Assembly: GCF_009914755.1 (NCBI RefSeq)
Contig: NC_060936.1
Length of the DNA stretch: 64,000 nt
DNA from: the human T2T-CHM13v2.0 reference genome, Homo sapiens
Strand: one strand, 5' to 3'
The position numbers and the translations under genes are program-made. Every line of letters begins with the position of its first letter. The stretch's first letter is position 1. The notes under the pieces were generated by a model. It was not told where the DNA came from. It did no database searches and was given only the letters and a program-made list of their open reading frames with translations. This document shows positions 11,999 to 26,556 of the stretch, in pieces.

Positions 11999-14504
11999 GT
12001 AGTATAAGCATGTTGAACTCAAAAAGAACTTACGGCAGTACCATACTTAGCTATTGAGAAGATGTTCTTATCACATTCTAATTTCTGTATGTATTTTTTT
12101 GCAATAGTTTTAGAACCTGAAACAGAGACTGACAAGTAATAAATATTAAGTGAGTGAATAAAGCAGTAAATTATCAGTACTTTAGCTGTAGATACCCATT
12201 GGAAAATTTGTCATTAGATAGCATTTTTGTTTGGATAGATGGTCTCTCTTGCCTCAAATTAAAGAATCAAATTGACAAGCAACCAATTAAACTCATAAAT
12301 AAAGCTTTCTACTTTAAAATTCAAAATTGATGATGTAGTGTCAGGAATACAACATGATCTATAACATTAAATTATGTTATCAACTGAATTTTAATGGTTG
12401 TATGGTCTTTTCCCACTTAATATATAAATTTGTTTTGGTTTATAGTTATATAGAGTATCTATAAAGCATTTATAAGTACCTATGGTTGTTAAATATTGTC
12501 CTTGAAGGAATGAGAAAACTAACCTGTTAGACTCACTTTTGAAGGTCACTGCAGACTGTAAAGGGCAAAGAGTGACATTTATTGTGAGTGCATGAATGGA
12601 GTGGCATAGCCTTCAGAGTCATGAATGAGGATGAAGAAAACTCAGTGAGCCATATTGCTGTTTGTATGTTCTGTCTCTGCTTCCTGAAAAGCACTGGAAC
12701 ATTTCTTTTTTACTTTTCAGAGATTGCATAAACTGAGAGCAGAAGGGAGCATTTTTCCTTATTGTTCTGCTATGATTAGAAATAATCAATTTAGAAATGG
12801 AGATTGAAAGCATTAAAAAATCATAGTTTAAAGGCAGAAGTATTCATAATAAAAATACAGTAATCCAGAGTATTTTTGAGCACCAAATGTGAGCCTGCTA
12901 CTATTGTAGGCACTTGGATCTGGCAGTGTAGACAACAACCCCCCTCACCCTATGGATTGATATTTCTTTCTACCTGAAGAAAGAGAAGGGAGGAAAGAAT
13001 ACTCAAATGATAATTTGGAATTGTGCCCACTCTGATGCTAATTAGCTTTTGACATTGTCAGGCATTTTACCTTTGCTTACTCATTCATAGAATGTTTTGA
13101 AGTTGTACTTTTTATTTGGAAATAATTTCAAACTTATAGAAAAGTTATAAGAACAGTACAGAGCATTTGCTGGAAAGATGACAGAATAGGAACAGCTCTG
13201 ATTTGTAGCTCCCAGCTAGCTCAACGCAGAAGGTAGATGATTTCTGCATCTCCAATTGAGGTACCCAATTCATCTCATTGGGACGGTTTGGACAGTGGGT
13301 GCAGCCCATGGAGGGTGAGCTGAAGCAGGGTGGGGCATTGCCTCACCCAGGAAGTGCAAGGGGTTGGGGGATTTTGCCCCTCTAGCCAAGGGAAGCCATG
13401 AGGGACTGTTCCCTGAGGAATGGTGCACTCTTGCCTAGATACTGCGCTTTTTCCGTGGTCTTTGCAACCTGCAGACCGGGAGATTCCCTCTGGTGCCTAT
13501 GCCACCAGGGCCCAGGGTTTCAAGCACAAAACTGGGCGGTCCTTTGGGCAGAAATGGAGCTAGCTGTGGGAGATTATTTTCATACCCCAGTGGCACCAGG
13601 AACACCAGTGAGACAGAACCGTTCACTCCCCTGGAGAGGGGGCTGAAGCCAGGCAGCCAAGTAGTCTGGCTTGGTGGATCCCACCCCCAGGGAGCCCAGC
13701 AAGCTAAGATCCACTGGCTTGAAATTCTCACTGCCAGCACAGTAGTCTGAGGTCGACCTTGGACACTTGAGCTTGGTGAGGGAGGGGCGTCTGCCATTAC
13801 TGAGGCTTGAGTAGGTGGTTTTACCCTCACAGTGTAAAAAAAGCTTTTGGGAAGTTGGAACTGGGTGGAGCCCACCGCAGCTCAGCAAGGCCACTGTGCC
13901 CAGAATGCCTCTCTAGATTCCTCCTCTCTGAGCAGGGCGTCTCTGAAAAAAAGGCAGCAGCCCCAGTCAGGGGCTTATAGATTAAACCCCCAACTCCCTG
14001 GGACAGAGCACCTGGGGGAAGGGGTGGCTGTGGGTGCAGCTTCAACAGACTTAAACGTTCCTGCCTGCTGGCTCTGAAGAGAGCAGTGGATCTCCCAGAA
14101 CAGCGTTCAAGCTCTGCTAAGGGTCAGACTGCCCCCTCAAGTGGGTCCCTGACCCCCATGTATCCTGACTGGGAGACACCACCCAGTAGGGACCGACAGA
14201 CACCTCATACAGGAGAGCTCTGGCTGGCATCTGATGGGTGCCCCTCTGGGATGAAGCTTCCAGAGGAAGGAATAGACAGCAATCTTTGCTGTTCTGCAGC
14301 CTCCACTGGTGAGACCCAGGCAAACAGGGTCTGGAGTGGACCTCCAGCAAACTGTAGCAGACCTGCAGCAGAGGGCCTAACTGTTAGAAGGAAAACTAAC
14401 AAACAGAAAGGAATAGCATTAACATCAACCAAAGGAACGCCCACTCAGAGAACCCATCTGAAGGTCACGAACATCAAAGACCAAAGGTAGATAAATCCAC
14501 AAAG

Positions 14505-15521
14505 ATGGGGAGAAACCACCACAAAAAGGCTGAAAATTCCAAAAACCAGAATGTCTCTTTTCCTCCAAAGGATCACAACTCCTCACCAACAAGGGAACAA
14601 AACTGGGTGGAGAATGAGTTTGATAAATTGATAGAAGTAGGCTTCAGAAGGTGGGTAATAACAAACTCCTCTGAGCTAAAGGAGCATGTTCTAACCCAAT
14701 GCAAGGAAGCTAAGAATCTGGGAAAAAGGTTAGACGAATTGCTGACTAGAATAACCAGTTTAGAGAAGAACATAAATGACCTGGTGGAACTGAAAAACAT
14801 GGCATGAGAACTTCGTGAAGCATGCACAAGTATCAGTAAGCGAATCGATCAAGCGGAAGAGAGAATATCAGAGATTGAAGAACATCTTACTGAAAGAAAG
14901 TGAGAAGACAAGACTAGAGAAAAAAGAATGAAAAGAAATGAACAAAGCCTCCAAGAAATATGGGACTATGTGAAAAGACCAAATCTATGTTTGATTGGTG
15001 TACCAGAAAGTTGACGGGGAGAATGGGACCAAGTTGGAAAACACTCTTCAGGATATTTTCCAGGAGAACTTCCCCAACCTAGCAAGAGAGGCCAACATTC
15101 AAACTCTGGAAATACAGAGAACAGCACAAGGTACTCCTTGAAAAGAGCAACCCAAGACATACTTGTCAGATTCACTAAGGTTGAAAAGAAGGAAAAAATG
15201 TTAAGGGTACCCAGAGAGAAAGGTTGGGTTACCCACAAAGCCCATTAGACTAACAGTGGATCTCTCAGAAGAAACTCTACAAGCCAGAAAAGAGGGGAGC
15301 CAATATTTAACATTCTTAAAGAAAAGAATTTTCAACCCAGAACTTCATATCCAGCCAAACTAATCTTCATAAACGAAGGAGAAACGAAATCCTTTACAGA
15401 TAAGCAAATGCTGAGAGATTTTGTAACCACCAGGCCTGCCTTACAAGAGTTCCTGAAGGAAGCACTAAACATGGAAAGGAACAACAGAGACCAGCCACTG
15501 CAAAAACATACCAAATTGTAA
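14505..15521 (+). pseudogene. L1 ORF1p pseudogene
   Basis: MGRNHHKKAENSKNQNVSFPPKDHNSSP... is the L1PA ORF1p N-terminus. Premature stop at 14807. Confidence 0.92.
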
Positions 15522-15584
15522 AGACCATCAACACTATGAAGAAACTGCATCAACTAATGGGCAAAATAATCAGCTAGCATCATA

Positions 15585-19383
<3,799 letters not shown>

Positions 19384-19785
19384 AAAATGAGAACACATGG
19401 ACATGGAGGGGAATATCACACATGGGGGCCTGTTGGGGGGTGGGGTGTTAGGGGAGGGATAACATTAGGCAGTATACCTAATGTAGATGATGGGTTGATG
19501 GGTGCAGCAAACCACCATGGCATGTGTATACCTATGTAACAAACCTGCACGTTCTGCACATGTATCCCAGAACTGAAAGTATAATAATAATAATAATAAT
19601 AAAAGAACAGTACAGAAAACTCTCATACCCAAACTTATTAAAAAAAAGTCTTCACTAACTATTGAAATAATGTCTTTTATAACAAAATGATATAATCCAG
19701 GATCTCATGTTGTATGAAGTTGACATGTCTTTTCAGTACTCTTCTATATAGAAATGTTCTTCAATCCTTCCTTGTCTTTCTTAAC

Positions 19786-22110
19786 TGATATGGTTTGGCT
19801 GTGTCTCCACCCAAATCTCATCTTGATTTGTAGTTCCCGTAGTACCCAAGTGTCATAGGAGGAACCCTATGGGAGATAGTTGAACCATGAGGGCAGTTTC
19901 CACCATGCTGTTCTCATGATAGTGAGTTCTCATGAGATCTGATGGTTTTATAAGGGGCTTCCTCCTTTGTTTGCCATGGCAGTCATTCTCTCTCCTGCTG
20001 CCTTATGAAGAGGTGCCTTCTGCCATGAGTGTAAGTTTCCTGAGGCCTCCCCAGGCATGCTGAACTGTGAGTCAATTAAACTTCTTTCCTTTATGAAATA
20101 CCCAGTCTCAGGTATGTCCCTATAGCAGTATGAGAACAGACTAATACAGTAAATTGGTACCCCAGAGAGTGGGGTGCTGTTATAAGGATACCTGAAAACG
20201 TGGAAGTGACTTTGGAACTGGGTAACTGGCAGATGTTGGAACAGTTTGGAGGGCTCAGAAGAAGACGGGAAAATGTGGGAACCTTTGAAACTTCTTAGAG
20301 ACTTGGAGGCCTCAGAAGACAGGAAGATATTAGAAGGTTTGGGGCTTCCTAGAGACATGTTAAATGGCTTTGAGCAAAATGCTGATAGTGATATGGAAAA
20401 TGAGGTCCTGGCTGAGGTGGTCTCAGATGGAGATGAGAAACTTGTTGAGAACTGGAGTAAAGGCCAGTTTTGATATGCAAAGAGACTGGCAGCATTTTGC
20501 CCCTGCCCAAAATTTGTGGAACTTCAAACTTGAGAAAGATGATTTAGGATATCTGGTGGAAGAAATGTCTAAATGGCAAAGTGTTCAAGAGGAAGCACAG
20601 TATAAATGTTTGGAAAATTTGCAGCCTGATGATGCAATAGAAAAAAATCCCATTTTCTGGGGATAAATTCAACCCTGCTGCAGAAATTTGCATAATTAAT
20701 GAGAAGCCAAATGTTAATGGGGGAAAATGTCTCCAGGATAGGTTAGAGACCTTCATAGTAGCTCCTCCCATCACAAGCCCAGAGGCCTAGGAGGGTAAAA
20801 TGATTTCCTGGGCTTGCTCCAGGACCCCCTGCTGTGTGCAGCCTGGCGACTTGGTGCCCTGCATCCCAGCTGCTCCAGCTGTGGCTAAAAGGGGCTGAGG
20901 TACAGCTCAGACCATTGTTCAGAGGATGGAAGCCCCAAGCCTTGGCAGCTTCCACATGGTGTTGAGCCTGTGGGTCCACAGAAGTCAATAATTGAAGTTT
21001 GGGAATCTCCACCTAGATTTCAGAAGATGTATGAAAATGCCTGGATGTCCAAGCAGAAATTTGCTGCAGGGGCAGAGCCCTCATGGCAAACCTCTTCTAG
21101 GGCAGTGCAGAAGGGAAATGTGGGGTTGGAGCCCCCATACAGAGTACCCACTGGGTCACTGCCTAGTGGAGCTTTGAGAAGTAGGCCACTATCCTCCAGA
21201 CCCCAGAATGGTAGCTCCACCAACAGCTGGCACTGGGTGCCTGGAAAAGCCACAGACACTCAATGCCAGTGTGAAAGCAGCCATGAAGGGATTATATACC
21301 CTGCAAAGCCAAAGAGGTGGAGCTGCCCAAGGTGTGGGAACCTACCTCTTGCATCAGCATGACCTGGATGTGAGACATGAAGTCAAAGAAGATCATTTTG
21401 GGACTTTAAGGTTTAGTGACTGCCCTATTGCATTTCAAACTTTCATGGGGCCTATAGCCCCTTGTTTTGGCTAATTTCTCCATTTGGGATGGGTGTATTT
21501 ACCAATGCCCATACCCCTGTTGTACCTAGGAAGTAACTAACTTGCTTTTGATTTTACAGGTTCATAGGCAGAAGGGACTTTCCTTGTCTCAGATGAGACT
21601 TTGGACTTGGACTTTTGAGTTAATGCTGGAGCGAGTTAAGAATTTGGGGGACTGTTGGAAGGGCATGATTGTGTCTTGTAATGTGAGAACATGAGATTTA
21701 GGAGGGGTTGGGGGTGGAATGATATGGTTTGGCTGTGTCCCCACCCAATTTGGCTGTGTCCCCACCCAAATCTCATCTTTAATTGTATTTCCCATAATCT
21801 CCATGTGTCATGGGAGGGACCTGGTGGGAGGTAATTGAATCATGCAGGTGGTTTTCCTCATGCTGCTCATGCTGTTCTCATGATAGTGAGTGAGTTCTCA
21901 TGAGATTTGATGGCTTTATAAGGGGCTTCCCACTTCACTTGGCATTCATTTCTCTCCTGCTGCCCTGTGAAGAGGTGCCTTCCACCATGATTGTATGTTT
22001 CCTGAGGCCTCACTAGCCACGTGGAACTGTGAGTCAATCAAACCTCTTTTCTTTAGAAATCATCCAGTCTTGGGTATTTCTTCACAGCAGCATGAGTAGG
22101 GACTAATACA
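19786..22110 (+). mobile_element. Complete THE1 (THE1D-like) MaLR provirus: LTR 19786-20148, internal 20149-21719, LTR 21720-22110
   Basis: Both LTRs run 'tgatatggtttggctgtgtc...gactaataca'. The internal region starts 'gtaaattggtac' and has a polypurine tract before the 3' LTR. Flanks ttaac/atgac (degenerate TSD). Confidence 0.95.
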
Positions 22111-22349
22111 ATGACCTTCAGATGTTTGAAGATTACAGGCTAATTATTTTGCAGAATTTTGCGTTGTCTGGTGTTTCCTCTTATTATATTCAAATTAGGA
22201 ATGTCATAGGAGTGATTCTGTGCCCTTTTCACTGCATTCCCTCAGGTGGTACATGAGGTTATTTCATTCTGTCACTGGTAATGTTAACTTTGACCACTCG
22301 AGGAAGGTCATAATCATCCATGTTTCTCTACTGCAAGGCTGTTCTTTTC

Positions 22350-22505
22350 TTTTTTTAAAAAAAATAAACATTTTTTTCTTTTCTTCTTTTTTTATTTTTA
22401 TTTTTAAATAGATAGGTGAGACTCCAACTACTGGACCTAGTGATCATCTCAGCCCTCAGCCTCCTGTGTAACTGAAAGTCCAGGTGCACACCACTGTGCC
22501 TGCTT
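22350..22505 (-). mobile_element. Degenerate Alu monomer (FLAM/AluJ-like)
   Basis: T-rich tail followed by 'ctcagcctcctgtgtaactg...caggtgcacaccactgtgcc'. Confidence 0.65.
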
Positions 22506-24787
22506 CGTTCTTTTCTCTTTCATAATTTGTTCGTGTTTTGCAGGAAAATACTTTGACACTACATATACATCCCATTCTTCATTCCACCCAATAGTTTTAA
22601 CAAGTTTTGTTGATGTTTCTCATGCGAATTATTATGAATGTAGTTGACAAGCAGTGATTTTCAAATTTCATCATCTCTTTTACATTTATTAGTTGTAATT
22701 TTACTATTTGGTAAACCTTATCCTCCCTTCCTCCCTCCCCCTTTCTTTCATCATTGTAGACTTATGGATTCCTATTTTATTCAGTGGGATAGAATATATT
22801 ATTATCACTAAGTATTTCAATAGTAAATTATCCCAGGTTTGGCCAGTAGAAACCCCCTTCAAGCTGGCTTCTACATCTGCCGGGGTCCTAACATTCTTTA
22901 TGTATTTCCTTAATATCTGGCATAACACATTCCAGTCTTATTTTGTGATTTTCTTGGTCTCGTCCTAAAGTTAGCTATTATAATCCAAGGAGCCCTGGCA
23001 GGTCTTAGTGATGTGTATACTCATTGCTGTGGGGTATCACTGTTCCGAGACCCTCTCAGTGTACAGTGGATCTCTATATCTTATCTGAATTTATATCTAT
23101 ATCTTCTAGGCTTAGGCTTTCATATTTATAACATTTCATTTTCAGTGAGAAAATTGGACTCCATTCTCAATTTTTTTTATTTGTTCAATTTCAAAATCCT
23201 CATGGGTTGCCATCCCACTTGGGGGCCTACCTTCCCTCAATTCCTGCCAGTCCTTGCTTCTTTCTGACTAGGACCTTCTTATGGCTTTTTGACTGCATTA
23301 TTAAGAAGAAGAGAAAGAAGGAAGAAGGAAGGAAGAACGGAGAATACTAATTTTGCACAAGGACAATAGGGGCTATGAGGATTTTTCCAACTAGGGTAAA
23401 AGGTATTTAATTTTGCAGGGTTATATAGTGATAATGGGTTAATAATGTGATGCCATATTAATAAAGTGAAACACAGAATATATTTTCAGTTTCTATATGT
23501 GTACCTTCAGCTGCCTTGTTCCTTAAAATCTAACATTCTTTTCTAGCACCAACAGAAGTGTCTTTGGATGCTACATTTTCTGTCCACACTGTTTTTCAGT
23601 CTTTAAAGCAGAAATAAACAAATATGTGGAATTCTTGATTTCATCTGGCTAACTACTAAGGAATATGCTATCCATTTTTTAAAACATGGACATTTTTAAT
23701 TAAAAAATGGGTAAATTAAAAATAGACTTCCTAAGCAAAAATGAATCCACAATCTCCTAATAGTTTGTAAGCCTTGAAAGAACTTAAAAATAGAAATGTC
23801 TTGATATTTTTATTTTCGGAGGTTGAACTTAAAGATAAAAGTAACTTGACAAAAATAAACTGATTATACATTGTACCGCAACATTCCAAAAACAAATAGG
23901 CTAAAACCAAATAAATGTGAAAAAGACAGAAGAATGCTGAAGGAAATATCCTCCCAAGGGAAAAGTAATGAATAAAATCTAACTGTATTTCACCAGACAT
24001 TTATGATTAGATAATATTCTGAGTTGGAGTGGGCTAGCATATTTATTGTTTTAAGTAATGAAATAACCACAATTTGAAAAACTTGCTTCTTTGATTTTCT
24101 CAGCTATTATTCACTCATGTAATCTTTCTAACACCTGGAAACACACCACTTTGACTTACAGGAGCATTCCATTTTGAGTTTTTCCATAGGCACTTCTAAA
24201 TCTTCAAAGCCTGGTTCTTATTTTGAAAGAAGCTAGTTTTTAAATAAATAATGAGTTTCTCCAGCTGTTTCCAAGGATCCCCGCTCCTGATTTTCCCTTC
24301 TGCCATGATGAAGATGTATCAGAAGCGTGTTCCTGCACTGGCTGGTGGGTATCAAGTTTCCTGAGTGAGAACATTTATTCAGTCTTTGACAGTGTTTTCA
24401 GAGCATCTACTATGTGCAATGACCCCCAGAGACAACATTGCTCCATAAAATCTATTTGCATTTAAGGAAAATTCTGGAAAATACATAATATCTATAACAT
24501 CTCAGAATTCTCCTTATTTGATGTCGCTACTTTAATAAGGTTCTTAGTTGCAAGTCACAGAAACTAATTCTACTTAAGTAGAAAAGGAAGAATCCCAGAA
24601 AGAATCGGCAAAAAGTTGAGAAAACCCAGCTCAGGAAATCATCAGGAACAAAGGTGGCTCAGCTGCAAGATACAGCCAAGAATTTGATAGAACTTATCTG
24701 GATAATAGACAGCATATACGGAGAGAGCAGGGTTAGGTAATGAAGTGTTGCATGGGGCTTTGTGTTTATAATATGATTATAAGCATC

Positions 24788-24897
24788 TACAGTGACCGAG
24801 CATTCGAATTTGCTTGAGGCAATCATGGTTTGAGCACTGAAAGTCCGTATTAGGAAACTCCTTAGTTCTAGGGCAACTGAGATGGTTGGTCACACTG
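24788..24897. mobile_element. MER81/MER94-like hAT-Blackjack MITE
   Basis: TIR remnants 'cagtgacc' and 'ggtcacactg', internal 'agcactgaaagtcc', about 110 bp. Confidence 0.65.
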
Positions 24898-25289
24898 TTG
24901 AAAACACTTGCTGTAAATTCTATCCTTGTACAAGAAAGAGATTTAATATATCAATATTATAGAAAAGTATTTTTCATAGTCAATATCCAAAATTCTGAAA
25001 ATATAAGGTGAATTTGATGAAAACAGCAATTTAGCCTAATTTACAATAAGTTAGTGCTTTAACTTAATAGGCCACTATAGATAGCCTTATTGATCCATAA
25101 TTTTATGTAGGCACAGCCACAGTTGAATTTATATAAAACCTTTCCACATACTTTATGATCCGGATTAAGCTCCCCATTCACGTTAGAATCATTCCTAACA
25201 ATTCTAGTCTTCCTCCTACTCCAACTTTTGTATTTGTTATCTCAAAATACAGACATTTCACTTTCTTATTTGTTGACTTCCTTTGGACA

Positions 25290-25480
25290 GGTGCTTTGCT
25301 GATTATTCTACCTACATTATCATTTAATTTTCACAACTCTATGAGGTATTACGGAATCCGTACTTTACAAATGAAACAATTGAATCAGAAAGGTTTAGCT
25401 TGCTCACAGGCACCTATCTAGTAAGCAGCAGAGCCAAAATTTGAATGCACATTTATTTGACTCTAGAACTTAAGAACTTC
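25290..25480 (-). mobile_element. MIR SINE
   Basis: 'catttaattttcacaactctatgaggta...tttacaaatgaa...ctagtaagcagcagagccaaaatttgaa'. Confidence 0.7.
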
Positions 25481-25508
25481 ATCTAAATTGTCTCCCAGTG
25501 GTCACTGA

Positions 25509-25818
25509 CTTTTTTTTTTTTTTTTTTTTGAGATGGAGTCTCACTCTGTTGCCCACGCTGGAGTGCAGTGGCGCTATCTCGGCTCACTTCAAGCTCTGCC
25601 TCCGGGTTCATGCCATGCTCCTGCCTCAGCCTCCCGAGCAGCTGGGACTACAGGCACCCGCCACCACGTCCGGATATATATATATATATTTTGTATTTTT
25701 AGTAGAGACGGAGTTTCACCGTGTTAGCCAGGATGGTCTTGATCTCCTGACCTCATGATCCGCCCGCCTCGGCCTCCCAAAGTTCTAGGATTACAGGCGT
25801 GAGCCACTGCGCCTGGCT
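25509..25818 (-). mobile_element. AluY with a (TA)n run in the middle linker
   Basis: AluY diagnostics 'caagctctgcc', 'catgcca' and 'accgtgttagccaggatgg', with many CpGs retained. TSD tggtcactga at 25499-25508 and 25818-25827. Confidence 0.95.
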
Positions 25819-25917
25819 GGTCACTGAAATTTTTTTAAACTGCATTATCTCTTCAGAGAGATAATAATACCTTTGAGTGCCGGCGACATCTCCTGAAATA
25901 GCTGGTATATTTGATAG

Positions 25918-26080
25918 AATGACGGTTCTCAAACCTAGGGAACTTTTAAGTGTTGATGCCTAGGCTTTCCCCACAGAAATTCTGATTTAACTCATTTGGT
26001 GTGGGCCCTGGTCATTTAATATATTAAAAAAAAAACCTCACCAGATGTTCTTATATACAGCCAGTATTGAGAAACCATTG
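25918..26080. mobile_element. MER5-family hAT-Charlie MITE
   Basis: 'ggttctcaaac...cagaaattctgattta...ggtgtgggccctgg...cagccagtattgagaaaccattg'. Confidence 0.7.
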
Positions 26081-26390
26081 GTATAGTATATTAATTAATA
26101 TCTCTGTAACCATAGGGCTATGAACCATTGAGAACAAAGAGCTGATCCCAAGGAAGCTGAGGTAGATTTGAAGAATCAGATAAGTATCTAAGCAAACTAT
26201 TGAGCCGTAATTTTGGTATTCAAGCTAAATCAAGACATACACAGAAAATCAGGGCTTACATAAACTCAAAGCCACCTGGAGAGGCAATAATCAAGCATAT
26301 TAATTTCTTCATTCCAATAGATAAGATTCATAATTTTATTCTTAAGATGCTTTAATCAGAAAGAGTTAATATTATCTTTTAGGCTCAATT

Positions 26391-26400
26391 TACAGTTTAA

Positions 26401-26438
<38 letters not shown>

Positions 26439-26556
26439 ATATATGTGTATATATATACTTAAGCTGTATACACAAGTATATATATACACATATATAGGTA
26501 TCTATACTTTATGTATTTATATATACCTAATTATATATGCATATACAAATATATAA
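26391..26556. repeat. (TA)15 microsatellite and degenerate TA-rich tract
   Basis: Pure (TA)15 at 26404-26433 followed by an imperfect TA/CA tract. Confidence 0.95.

Noticed and set aside
20246-20355. Tandem repeat of 'ttggagggctcagaag...cttcttagagac' in the THE1 interior
   Set aside because: As I recall, this duplication is part of the THE1D internal consensus, so it is not locus-specific.
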